NCBI GenBank assembly: GCA_903813345.2
Contig: CAIIXF020000001.1
Location: forward strand, 41,168,001 to 41,232,000
DNA length: 64,000 nucleotides
Source: Owenia fusiformis
Lineage: Eukaryota
Reading direction: 5' to 3'
The notes below the pieces were generated by a model. That model searched no databases and had not been told where the DNA came from. It saw nothing but the letters and a program-made list of their open reading frames with translations. The number at the start of each line of letters is the position of its first letter. The first letter of the stretch is position 1. Below are positions 25,937 through 39,800 of the stretch, in pieces. A program made the translations under genes and the position numbers.

Positions 25937-28121
25937 TACCAGTAGAATGATACTAGGCTAATTGTATACTTGAATTTAATCGATTGCAGACCTATGATTT
26001 AAGAATGAATTTTCAATGATAACACCTAAGATTGTTCAAACCACCAGAAAGCCAAGCCAGGATATATCATACATTATTTGTCTAAGCTAGAAAACTAATA
26101 TTGGTACAAATATGTTCATAAATAACAAAATAGAAATTATAGGGGTCTTCCAAGGGTACACCTATAACTTATCAATTTTAGACATCATATTTCATGAATT
26201 TTTAATATTTGAACATGCTAAAAAGCTTAAATCTTCCTAAAACTTAGCTAAAATAAGTTTTATATTTTAGATTTATTCTAAAATGCCAAATATATGAACA
26301 CAGAGGGATAAATGTTAAAGCAATAGGGGTCAGTTATAGTCACACATAAAATCAGTCCCAGCTAAAATGTCATTTTTTCTTAAATTCACTAATTTTTTTC
26401 AAGGCAATTATCAAAGGAATTACTTTTATTCTTGCGGGATTAGTAGACCAGGTATTAAGCCTTTTACATGGATTTTTTTAGCATCCATCATTGTCTAATA
26501 AAAAAGTTATGACACGAAAAGTAAAAAATGGGTCATAAATTTGCCCCCTGGGGTACATACTTTTTGCTTTTATTCAAATTTCTTAAGTGTAATCCATATC
26601 ATTCATACTTTAAATGTTTATTTTATACAATGTCCATGTATTTCACTTACAAAAACCATAAAATCAAAGTTATTTTAGGTTGACGAATTTTTTCCCCCTG
26701 ATAGGGGTGAATTTTGGGGGTAGGGGGACTAACATGGTATTTTAAGGGTTAAATAATCATATTTCAGCTTGCCAACATAGTTTTTTGGATTCAGCATAAA
26801 AAGTTACATAAGAAACACTTGTCAGAACACTTTTAACACTAAACGCCTACCACATTTCCTCTAGATGAAAATGCACCTTGTCTATAGTCCGTTACACATC
26901 CTCGTGTAATACGTCATTGATAGTTATATAGCTGGTTTTCTATGATACATACTTTAACAAGCTCGTGTCGTAAGATATTTAAAGCTAAAACATGTATGAC
27001 ATTCATTTTCTTCACAAAGCATTTAAGCCAAGCAGTGTAAAAAACCGAACGCCGATTAAGCACCGACCTCTCACCTCATGGACCCAACTGTGGAGAGTGA
27101 CTGGTCGGTGGTCGGTGGTCGGTGGTCGGTGGTCGGTCTTTTCCGTAAACCCTTCGGTATAACGCCTTTCGGTACAATGCGCGTCGGTCGGTACTTTGCG
27201 CGTCGGTATAATGGGTTTCGGTATAATGTGCGTCGGTATAATGGGTTTCGGTATAATGCACGGACCCCGGACTTCCGGTTGATACTTGTTTTTGTTTTGT
27301 TCGGTTTAATCATCTAATTTAGACTTCAAATATATAAAAGATATTTTGGGCCCGTATGTTGCGCAGGTTACGGTTTCGAAATATGTTCCCGGGGATTTGG
27401 TTATACCTAAGAAATACATACAGTATTTGTTAGGATAATATCAAAACAATTCCCTCGCTCTTAGGAAACGCAGACAGTTTCTCAGAGAATCCTGTTTCTG
27501 AAGCATGAAACACAGCACTTACAATGAAACAAAAATTCTTACCAAATTCTTCTTCTGGAGGTTCGGCGATGCTGAAGCGAAGTCATCGTGTCTTCGTTTC
27601 CAGTTGATCCCCAGTGTAATGGTAAGCTTTGCCTCGTCTTGCTTTATGATACTAGTATGGTGCCATCTTTATGTTTGGAATCAAGCGAAAACATTCAATT
27701 AGAGTTTCCAATTACTGGCTCGACAAGGCCTTGTATAATTTATGTTTATTATAATCCGGTGGTGGTCCTAAACTATTACTTTATCTACTTTCAGTTATTC
27801 AGCTGAAAACGCGGAAAATAGGCATATCGAATTCCTTGGGTTCTAGTACCAACAAAATGTTCTAGAAAAGCAGGCCCAATGTCTTGTGTAAGAACCCCTA
27901 TTCTTACTATTGCAAATTGATTCTAGCAATACTATCATGAATCTACCTGTTGAGACTCGATGAACTTGAGTTCTTAGAGGATTTCAGCAAGGGTGCATTG
28001 ACTTAACATGGGGATATACACCATTGACCAATCGGGATACCATCTATTCCATACCTACTGAGGTTCTAGGTACATAACGAGCGGGAATATTATAGTGTAT
28101 CTATGGTGTTATCGCCAAGAA

Positions 28122-28492
28122 CCGCTGTAAAAGGATAGGTGGTCCTATCAAATTTTGGTCCTACTCTCTATTGATTTATATGGTGACCTAATTACAATTA
28201 TTGTCCTTATTATTTATACACAGTCAGGGCCAGTAAGGGCCGTAAGGAAGGGGGACCATAATCCCCGGGGGACCATAATTTCTTTTACACCGGACCGGGA
28301 TGGATACACGCTCTATCCATCCCGGTGTAAAAGGGTAGGAGGTCCTATCAAATTATGGTCCTACCTTCCATTGATTTATATGGTGACCTAAATACAACTC
28401 TCCCTTATTATCGTATCCACAATCAAGGCCAGTAAGGGCCTTTAAGAAAGGGGACCATAATCCCCAGGGGACCATAATTTCTTTCACACCGG
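28122..28492 (+). mobile_element. Head-to-tail dimer of a ~170-bp MITE
   Basis: Copies 28122-28293 and 28322-28492, TIR CCGGTGTAAAAG / CTTT(T/C)ACACCGG; solo copy at 47742-47909. Confidence 0.85.
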
Positions 28493-29051
28493 CCCGCTCC
28501 TGAACAGTGAACTCAAATTACGTTTTACTTAATTTACGAAATAAAGGTTATCAAACTTAAGCTGTATATTTTGAATTTGAATATCAACTCATTGATCTAC
28601 TCCAACAATATATGAGTGTGAAAATCTCATAAACTTAAAAACACCAATCGTTTCGGTTTCATAATAACTAGAACAATCAATCAATTACTGAGTATCTGAT
28701 CTATAGTCGGCCACTGAGTTTCATTAGGCCTACGACTGTAAACTTCAATTATAGGATCAAAAAGCCTCAGTCTTATCTTTTTTAACAATGACCAGAAAAA
28801 TGTCATGCACATACTCCCTTAAATGTTACCCTTTGCATTCGTTCGACTTCTCAAAAGAGCTTCGTTTATAATTCTAAATCACTTTCCCGTCCGAGCACTT
28901 CCATGAAGTTTGTAAATAGACCGTAGAAAGTTGCATCTAACGTTTGTTCCCTTCGCATAAAGTTTAAAACCAGTTTGGCAAGAAGAACGCAGTGGCAACT
29001 AGTTTGGTGTCATAGCTATATTTTTGCTAAGTCGTTCATAAGCAGTCTTAA

Positions 29052-29798
29052 CCCTACTATCACACCAAACTACTTCTCACTACGTTCTCGAAAACGGGCT
29101 TCAACTGTGTACGAACAGACTGGGCGTACTTAGAACCGTTTTGGGTCTATTTACAAACTTCATCGAACGTACTCGAAGGGGTAGGTTCTCTAGAACTTAG
29201 AACATGCTCAAAATATTCTCGTGGTCTACAATTAGAACGAGTGACAACGTACTAACGACGAGCTGGACGTACTTCGAACGGATTCGGAACCGTCGTACTT
29301 CAATCCTACTAGGGACGTTTTTACAACGAGTTGTACTGTCTGAGGACGTATTGAGAACGAGGTAGAACTAATTGCAAACGGGTAAACTGATTAAGAACGT
29401 AATCAAAGACTGCTTATGAAAAAATATAGCAAAATAGCAAAAATATAGCTATCACACCAAACAAGTTGCCACTGCGTTTTTCAAAACTGGTTTTAAATTG
29501 TGTGCGAACGGAATGAACGTAGCTGCAACTTTCTAAGGTCTATTTACGAACTTCATGAACGTTCTCAGACGGGAAGATGTTGTGCAATCGGATATCAATT
29601 GCAATACGTGTACACACCAACATAGTGCGATCTGAACGAACTGCAAATGAGGACATATTAAAGACTGTTTATGAACGAAGTACATGTAGCTAATTATTGT
29701 AGATATATTTCCCGACCACAGCCAGGTTTAGCCCGTATTACGACTTTTTCGTAGGACTGGAAAGAACGGTTGAGAACTAGTTTGATGTGATAGGGGGT
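29052..29798 (+). mobile_element. Harbinger-type MITE inserted into an older opposite-orientation copy of its own family (~28885-30035)
   Basis: Co-linear with 12315-13398 (without the duplication); flanks 28885-29050 and 29810-30035 join up to match 46730-47120. Confidence 0.85.
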
Positions 29799-30806
29799 TA
29801 GTACCGGGCTTTGATACGTCTTTGATCAGTTTAAACCAATTTGCAATTAGTTCTACCTCGTTCTCAATACGATCCAAGCCAGTTCAACTCGTTCTGAAAA
29901 CGTCCCTCGTAGGACTGAAGTACGACAGTAAGTACCTTGTCACGTGTTCTGATTGCAGAATGTGGCGACCACCAGAAAATGTTGAGAAAGTTCTAAGTTC
30001 CGGAGGACGTAACCGTTCGAGTACATTCTTAAGACGTTTGTACACGCCTAATCATCGACAACGTACAGTGACAAAATATACTGTTGTACACTTTAGATGT
30101 ACGGTGTCACTATTAACCGATTTGAAGCAAGAACTATGATGTAGGTTTGATGAAGGTTTTGAAAAATTAATCCGAGGAATTTCATGTTTAATTTCGTGTG
30201 TATTCGCTTGGAAAGACTATTAGCTTTCTGATTACGTTAAAAGATTCAGGAGCAGTGCTCGATTTTTTCGTAGTAAATCTACCCACAAAATTGATCGGTT
30301 GGAAAATGTTGGTTTTTCACATTTCTTTGATCATTTTTTCCCATGTTGCATAAGAGTATTTTTATGAGAATATGTTTTTTCGAAACTACACAGTTCAGGA
30401 TGAGTGAAGATTTGATAAATACATGTAATTCTGTATTGGGTATTATTTATTGCAAACTTTTTAGGGGAGTGTTACTGAAACAAATAGCTGGATATGAAAC
30501 AGTTCTTACAGGTATTAACTGGGAAGTTATTTGTGTTATTGTTAATTAAAGGTAATTCATCAATTTTTCATTAGTTCGACCTTCAACAACAAGTCTTACA
30601 GAAGAAGACAAATTGTGTTTATATCACAAAGAACACAATGAGCAACATGATGGAAACACTAAAGCATTTTAAATAAGCAATGAAAACAAATATGATCAAT
30701 ACACAAAAGTACCTTACAGAAATCACTCTTCATAAGCAACAACTTAATGTTTTAAATGATCCAAAGGCAAAATGAAGATTGAACCATGATGAATATTGAG
30801 CACATA

Positions 30807-31874
30807 CGGGTGTTACGCGGTAAACACGATACAAAAATATGTCATATTCCGCAACGAATATGGCATATTTACTTGCGGTGTATGACAGATTCACCTGCGG
30901 TATATGGCATACAAACTAACCAATGAGAACGTGATACGGAAGTACGCAATAGACTAGATGCGAATAGAAATAATCTCGATTTACGTCATTAAATATTGAA
31001 AATTCAGTCAAAGTGATGTCATATTTGAAATCTACATGTAAAAGTACATCTAGTAAAATGGTTTCGAAAATTGTTTATCAACTTTGAAAATTTAATTTTT
31101 TTTGAAAATGTGACTTCTAGCTCGGGTTGATTCCTCATAGACCCCATGTTATAAAATCACAAAAAGTGAAATATCTTTTCTTGTATTGTACAGATAACAT
31201 TTTCTTTTACTGGACATATTTTAATTTGCATAACAATTAGATACATAAGGGTTATATAAAAATTGAACCACTATAACAGATGTAATTTAAGTTAAAGGGA
31301 ACTTTCTACTATACCCGCCATGTTATCTGACCCGAACGAGCCACCTGGTGGCGAAACTGGTAACTACTTACTCGCATCTGCGTTATTGTCAATTGCATCG
31401 GTTGAACGCAATAGTAAAACGTTATTAATTATTGTAATGATTACTGAATCAACAGTACTGTGTATCAAATATATTAACTTAGCAGAAGTATCAGTCACCA
31501 ATCTCGCGTAATAAACTTACTCAATTAATCCAGGATTCATATATTAGTACTCGACGCACTAACTATAATGGTAATACAGCGTAGTTTTACATTTAGAGTC
31601 GATTCTCGCAACCAATCAAATCAAGGCTTTCTGTATCACGTTTTCACCTGCGGTATATGTCATATTCACCTGCGGCATATTCCGCAAGTGAGTATGACAT
31701 ATTCCGCAGGTGAGTATCGGGTATTCACTGAAATCAATGTATCGCATATTCACTGCGGAATATCGCATACTCACCTGCGGAATATGCCATATACCGCAGG
31801 TGAGTATGGCATATTCACCCGTATCACAAATACCGCGCAACCATGAATGTATGCCATATACCGCGTAACAACGG
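30807..31874. mobile_element. MITE with CACCTGCGG subrepeats, containing a nested element at ~30955-31381
   Basis: TGTTACGCGGTA / TACCGCGTAACA ends; nested element has AGATGCGAATAG / TTACTCGCATCT ends and a second partial copy at ~48517-48770. Confidence 0.7.
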
Positions 31875-33260
31875 GATCCTCCGTTAAAAGTTTAGAAGTA
31901 CAATCTCAAATGGATACTCTTAATTTGATCAGTTAGGTGTCGTATAAAAATGCCATGCAACATGTAAGTCCTAAATTACATTCGTAGTTTATCCACTTCA
32001 GCAACATGCAAATGACGAAATCTCACATCACATGAAACAGTTCCGCTCTGAGATTCGTTCGTTTTCTTTTGTCCAGTAGCCTATATATTGAGCCTATTTG
32101 TATTGCAAAACCTTATGGCAGCGTTTTTAAAAGTAAATATGTCACCTTATATTGGATTCCGACGGGATACGAATGTAATGAAGTGTAGTTATATATGAAA
32201 TAATATATTTGGATTGGTGAGTTGAATATGTGTGAATATAAAGTATAGGGTAGGGACTCGATAGCAACCTGATAGCAACCCATGAGAGATATAAATACGC
32301 AGATTATCAGTTAATGTGATTATACATTTACATTGATAATTATATATTAACAAAAATACGATTAGATATTAGAGTAATAACCCTTATTTCATAAGGATCA
32401 CGATGTATTTCACCATGAATATTCGTCATGATGTCATACAGGATGACCAATTGCTCGAATTTAAACTTAACTGACTCGCTTCTTAAAAAAATTGTGTGAA
32501 TTCACCATCAGAAAGGTTTGACATCTCCAATTAGGCTACCATTAACATGAAATGTCACAATAATTATTCCTCAAAAACTTTTACTCTTGTACCTGGTATG
32601 AACTTGGCGTAAATCTGAATATAATAACACTTGAATTATAAAATAAAATTGTGAATGGAGTAGCTCTAGCCTTGTTAGCTATTTCTTCTTATTGATTGAG
32701 AATTAACAGTTTTTTTTGATTTAACGGTTATTTTTGTTTTGGCTTTAATTACAAGATAGGGGCCTTGATGTCAAAATCTGGCGTGATCTCTTTCCCAAGT
32801 ATTTTTCCGCAATCTGGGTACTTATGTTTGAATTTTCACCTTTGTGATATACCATCATGACCATGGATCATTTTGTGCCATAAAAGATAAAAAAAATAAA
32901 ATTGAGAAAAGTTGCTGTTTGTTCTTTAAGTGGGTAAGTTTACATATACTTCTTATTCTTAACGTTGACTTTTTTGTACGTCAATACACCCAAACCTCGT
33001 GGGCTTTTATTTTCAAAAGGGTTAATGTTAGAATGGTTACTTCTAATCAGTGCTAGATACCATGGACAGTTTTTAAAAATTTTAACACTAAAATTAGGAT
33101 TAGTTTGGGGTTTTAAAGCTAAAGAGTCAGGTTTGAACCGCTGACTATGTTGGACAAATTGTGTAACAGAAAAATTATGACCCCTTTAGGTACTTTGTAG
33201 GTGAAATTGCACCGAACTGGGAAATACAATTAGCTGAATTCAAAGACAATTCCAATTGCC

Positions 33261-33344
33261 TATAAAGGGACCCAAACCTATACTGTTCTTTGTCTAGAAA
33301 AAGAACATTTTGCTCAACCGTGGACTCGACTGGGAGAAGTAAGG
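33261..33344 (+). promoter_or_regulatory. Candidate NPF core promoter and non-coding exon 1
   Basis: CCTATAAAGG at 33259-33268, splice donor GAA|GTAAGG at 33339; the coding exon has an acceptor (CTCCAG, 36792) 12 nt before the ATG, so an upstream exon is expected. Assignment of this particular site is inference. Confidence 0.45.
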
Positions 33345-36300
33345 ATTATGTACACGTACTCTGCCTGTTATTTGTTCTTTTTGCATCCATTCATTTGAAT
33401 TTCCAAACAAAGAATGGGTGTTGTAAAAGTAATTTCAACTACACTGTCATTTACATGTTTTGTTCCAATCATTCGTTCAAAAAAGAGATAATTAGCTGTT
33501 AATCGCAGAGATGCTACAAAAGTGGTTCTCAGCAGTGTACCTGTATTAATACCATAATAACGTGGGATCTTTTATTCAGTTGAAATGACACAATTAAGTG
33601 ACGCACCAGTGAAACAATATATAAGGTAGGAGATCCCGTGTCTCTTTCATTTAAAGCTACAGAAACGCACTTTAGGTAAGATAACGTAACAACTACATTT
33701 GAATTATAAGATAGTAAAGCCATTCAAATGTTCAGCAAATGAACAAGACTAATTAAAACAAGAACAAATTAACGAAAAGAGACTAGTGCGATTTCATTTG
33801 ATGAAGGAAGCTTCCGGGAGGGAACTGAATAGTAAGATACTTTAGTAAAGAAAGTTCCAGAACGGTTGGATTTCTGTGATCTGAGGGCCCGTCTACCAAA
33901 GGTACGTCTTTTTAACAGTTTTGGTTCTTAACGAAATTATCGCGGGCCGTGTAGTAATCATACAGTTATAACCGAATTTAGTTTTAAATCATTTTTATTT
34001 GTTCATATTCTCAGAACTGCATCTATATTAATTCATTTCAATTTTCACGATTTGCGAATTAGCGAAAAACGTTAAAATTGAAAATACAAGGTTCATCCCG
34101 GCGTTCTTCATTTTGACGATCTTGTAATATTATGTTCATAGCATATAATAAAAAATCACATTATCAAAACTTCTCAAATATATCAATCGGTTTTCATTTT
34201 CTTCATATCAGGTTGTCGAGTTTATGTTTTATTATTTTACACCATTTCAAATGAAATTAGGTTATTTATTTACGAATACAATAGTAACTCTCTTATATAA
34301 GAGGTAAATAAAGAATACAATACAATACAAATTGAATATAAAGCAAAGGCTTTTTGGGAACAGTGATTCAGGGATAAATGAAAAAATCTTTTTACATTTA
34401 CACAAACCCATATGTTTAATTTTGCAATTTTCCAAAATTAAAAATGCATGTTCAGTTTTCTTTATCGGAGAAAATACTAGTTTCTCATCAACTCTTTTTT
34501 TACAAGAAGAATATTCATTAAACCCACAGAGTGGGTTTGGGTTCAGTTTACATTGAGTGATTATTTTACACTATAAGGCGGTTCAGTTTACATTGAGTGA
34601 TTATATTACACTACACTATAAGGCTGTTAATTGCCATAATATGATACAACAGTAATATTTCTTTGAAAATTCATATTTGTTAATCTGCGCATATGTATAT
34701 ATTTCCAAAAATACACGTGTACAAATATCCAGTCATTTGAATTTACAGAACGATTACGCACTATCATAATGAATTTTTCCTGGTAGAATATCACGATTTA
34801 GTAGCCTAAAATCAACACAAATGACTAAAGATTTCAAAATCATGTGATCTATCATATCATATTGACATCCCTGTAAATAGCTTATTATATATTAAATAAA
34901 ATAAAATCTAAAACGTGCATTGCATTTTGAAATTAAAGAGGGTCCGGTTTCTTTACCTTTTAATTTCATAAAACAAGTGAGAACTAAAATGTTTTACCGT
35001 CTACCAAGACTACTTCGAATTTAAAGTTACAAGTCATTATAGCAATTTGATTAATTCCCTTCCACATCAAAAAATTATCAGGAAGTAGTCTCAGTACTAT
35101 TTAAATAATTCTGTGAAACTCATGCAGACACAGCTTCTACATTTCACTGTCACGCTTACTTGTAGGACGTCGATCGTCAATCTGGGTGGGTGTTTCCATA
35201 GTTCGATTCACACAAACAAACGTAAAACGCATTTATAAGGTGTTGCAGAAATGTATATAAATATTCAGACGTTTTTTCAACTAAAATTAGAAATGAAGTC
35301 AAAAGGTAGTAATATACCCCCTTTAACCTAATTTTACCTCGGCTATTCATATTCGCCTTGTCAATTTTTATATCATGGCTACGCCACTGGGACCCGTTTT
35401 TTGGTACAATCTTTACTTACGATTCTTACAAATCCGTTTTGTACTTTATAAAGCACAACGTATACGAATACGAATCCCTCTTCTTCATCTATAAATTCCC
35501 GATGTATATATAATCTAACCGGCGGGTATTAATCTATTCAATAATTTTCAAAATTATCTACTTAGAATGGCACCTTTTGGAGAAAAAATGTACATAAATA
35601 ATCATTTCACCATTGACTTAGAAGTCTAATAGTTATAAGCTTAAACTTGCCAGTGCCTAGTTTGTGATCTGACAAGTCTTGATTCATGAATAAAATCTCC
35701 AAAGAAAACACATTTTTGAGTATAGGCTAAAGATGGGTAGTAGATAATTCGATCATCGTATCTTTAACATTTGTTATCTATTCGACTTTGCTGATTTTTG
35801 GAAGTCCCAACCCTCTGTTTTCTTCGATGTCAAACTTGCAACGGTTTCAATTGTTATGTCACGTTATTTACGACATCTTCTATTAATTACAATATTGGAC
35901 ACATTAACAATAAGCCGTGAGCCTAATGCGTATGTGTGCCTCAATGGAAATATTTTCAAAAGTTGTTCATCATGAACTAGATAATTATTTCAGCTTCGCC
36001 CTAAAGCTAAAACTAAAGATATGCTGCAAATAAAAGGCTGAGCGTCATTGATTTTAAATATTTATCTTATCTCATTTGATCCCGGCATTTTCCCAGGCTG
36101 TCCAAGGACCAAGTCTGCTCACTCGATTAAAAAGCAGAATCAAATATTCATGATCACGCTACTTTCAGAGCCTGGACTATCTCTTGGAATACACGAGATG
36201 AAGAGGGACCCTAATGAATCAAAATGTAGCAAAATGGCTTAAAACGTACTCCAGGATCGTTTTGATTTTTTGCTTAGAGAGAATATAATTCCGAGAATGA

Positions 36301-36804
36301 GCTCATATAAATAGAATGACGACGATATATAATCAACCAATCATGACAGGGAAGCGATAACTTGTAGCGAAGATCATGTGTATTTTGATTTGTTCAAGGA
36401 TCGAATTCTTTGTTAGAATTGGGGATATATTTGGTGATTAGAGCAGATAATCCCACCACAATTAATTGCTGATTGCATTTGCTTTTCTATCATACTTTAT
36501 ACCGGTTCATGTATTGGTTTATCTTTTTCATCAAATTTTATGGGCTGAACGACAGTTAAAAGTCAGGGTTTATTACCTTACATCGCATTTTAAGGACTTT
36601 TTGGAACAATTATCTCTAGAAATGTCCTCGGTGTAATCACTGGTCGCTAAGACGATGTGAATCAAAAAGGATAACATCACAGATAATTACTATTTAAGAT
36701 GTTTGACGTTGTTTTGTTACAATTATTTAAGGTTTCATAATCAGAAATTTATTTGTCATATTTCTTATATTTGCTTTATATCTTCACTCCAGCACCAACT
36801 GACA

Positions 36805-39800
36805 ATGCTGAAGCTATTCGTGACTTTTACTTCCCTACTGCTGGTGATTTGCTTGATGCTGCAGCCAACACGAGCGATGCCAGGGCCACCACGACGACCA
36901 GCAGTTTTCGAAAGTCCAGTAGAACTAAAGAATTACCTAAAAGCACTAAATGAATATTTTGCAATAGTAGGAAGACCAAGGTAAGATTTATGGAAGAGAG
37001 GAAATTATACAACACTGGTCAGTGTCAAGAGAAGATAAAGTTCATACCTTCTCTTTGAAAGTGTTCATATCGGAAATTCGGCTTATGACACAAATTTTGT
37101 TTGATATGAAAACTTACAACATGATAAATTGTTCCTATAATTACGTGTGGACGCAACGATCCAACAATATTTTTACCGTTTGGGGCACGGTAATGTGATT
37201 TCTTCGTTCGCCAATGACATGGTAATTGAATTGCAGTGATACGGTAACGTTAGTTCATAATGGAGTGCAAGATGAGAAATGTCCTTATTCAGATAGCAGG
37301 CTAGTATACGTTATCATATCACACAATTCACCTCACCGTTAACCAAAGCAATGGCGTCCACATATGATACAGGAACTATTTGCGGACTTTCTATGTGATC
37401 CAAGCTTGATATGGTCGAAATTTACGCCATTTTGAAGAAGATGTAACGACCGTTACCTTCTCCTGATAGCAACTAGCGTATTTGCGTCCATAAACTATAC
37501 TGAGGTATGCGTGTCATTTTAATTAACGTGTGTTTTGATGGTCATGGAAATGTACTCAAATTTTTGTTCTAGTGGTAATGATGACACGTTGTGCAGTGGA
37601 TTTACTTTCTCTGTTATATTCAACCTTTGATTTAATGATCATTACTACAGGAACATGAGAAGCCGAGACAATACCTATTTTCCTCAGTATTATCTACATA
37701 TATCACATAAATCCCTGATATATTGCATAGAACAATAATAGAATATAGACAGGCTATTCAGTCATTGTGAGGCGGTTCATCAGTTCAAGAGATGCTGATA
37801 TCTGATCCGTCAACGCGTTTCCAACATTCAAAACAACGCCAAATATAAATGCATCAGTTTAAAATAAAGGTTTAACAGGGGATTGTGTGGAAAATGATGT
37901 TGTTTTCGTTATGGTTTCCCCTTCCCCTCATGTAACGATATTTTTAAAAAGTTGATTTGACATTCACTTTGATAAGTACAATTAGTACCACTATTGGGGT
38001 ACAAAATCCTCGTTTACGTACCCCCTCCCGGCCTCACAATAACGCAATTGAGTTCGTTCTTGCGCAACTTAATAATTGGATGTAGCATCCCTGGGGAAGA
38101 ATATAAGAGCAAAATTTACAACTAATCTTACAAATCTCCCGTTCTAAACAGCTCTGAAACTGATCGGGTATTTTCTACGGTGACCGTGCGGTCTGTCATT
38201 TCTGCGAATCTGTGGTCAGTAACATTTCTACGCTCTCCGTAGAATTTCTGCGGTCGGATACTTTTGCAGTCACATTTCTTGCGGCAGCCGCACGGCGAAT
38301 TAGAAAGTGCTGAATGTGCTGAATGTTACATTGACCATTAGTAACTTAATCTTTTGTAGTATAGGTTGCTATGGTAATACATCAAACAGCATACCTATTA
38401 TGCTGTGTTCTCAGCAAAGGTATGACAGCAAACCTGACCTAAAACTGTTTCCAAATGTATATAACGCATCAAAACACTACGGCAGACGCAAGTCAACGTG
38501 CGGCCACCGTGGGACTGTTCTGTGGTTTGGCTATCATATGTGTGGCCTCTTATATTTTGATGCTTCTCTGCCATGTTATTTTCGGAAAAAATAACATGGC
38601 TTAAACTTCCTAAATTACAAAAGGCCACAAATTTGCTGCACATTATACATAACTATCTGAAATATACAAAAGTTGGGACTTGTACATATGTTTCCATTTT
38701 TTATATACTGTTGCAATATAGTCATTTGATTGCTTATTTTTTAAATTCAAAGTAGTTCCAAACATTTAAAATGTTACTGTATGAGAGAGAAAAACAATAA
38801 CATTGCGTATATGACTCAAATTATATTATATAATTTGTGTATGCATGGGCCGGGGCTATTTCTTGATCTGTTTTAAAGAATTCATTTTCACATTTGCATC
38901 AACTATTACAGCCATTTTCTAATGAGGAGCCTAATTAGATTTAAATGGTATATATAATATACATGTTCAAATTGTATCTTAATTATTCATCGTATTTGTT
39001 TATAAAGTAAATATATATATTTTCTATTTCTGATGATAAACCTTTCCAAAACAGTATGTTCTTGACATTTCAGATTTGGAAGAAGCGTAGAAAAACGATC
39101 GTTCGACACATTTGTGCGAAGCAACCCATCACTCTCTCATCTACTCGACACTGATGGTGCGTATTTGCGTATTTGCGTATTACCTTGTTATCTTGCATCA
39201 AACCTCTACTCTTCTAATTGTCCTTTTCCTTGTCTATGTACATAGAAATAGTTATTTTAATGTGAATGGGATACACAAGAGATGTTTGATGCAACAGTAA
39301 TATTCCTTTATACAGCTGCCTTAACCAACGATGTCAAATGTATCACTTTTCGTTGATATATCAGTTTAAAGTGAGGGAGTGCAATGTATAGAGGTTATTT
39401 AATGGGAGGGATGGAATATGAATTTTATTTCAAGGGAAAATATGATATTGGCCAAGGGGAATACCATTATGATCGAGGGCGATAGCCCGATTGTCAATAT
39501 GATATTTTCCGAGGAGAATGTCATATTTTCTCAAGGAAAAATCCCCACCATCAATAACCCATTTATTTCATAATATTTATTCTGAAATTTATTCATTTCA
39601 AAGTTTGAATATGATTGAATAGTTCGGATACGGGATTTTAACTCATACGGGATCCAATACGGAATCGTATACGAAATTTTGGCTGATAAGGGATCTGTCC
39701 AGGGAAAACATGATATTATGGAATAAATATTATCACATATATGAGAAGGGGACATCTTAAGCTACAAGTGTTCAGTTGTTCCAATTATGTAAACCATGAC

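Larger units (their letters stand above)
22050..26884. mobile_element. Defective Academ-superfamily DNA transposon with giant inverted arms
   Basis: Termini TAGACCGGGTGC / GCACCTTGTCTA, 3-bp TSD TAG (22047-22049, 26885-26887); ~22088-22997 is a near-perfect reverse complement of ~25937-26857; internal transposase relics. Confidence 0.88.

Noticed and set aside
34540..34625. ~40-bp direct duplication (also small ones at ~2340-2410 and GTCACCCTGT repeats at 43416-43750)
   Set aside because: Ordinary local slippage duplications with no further structure.
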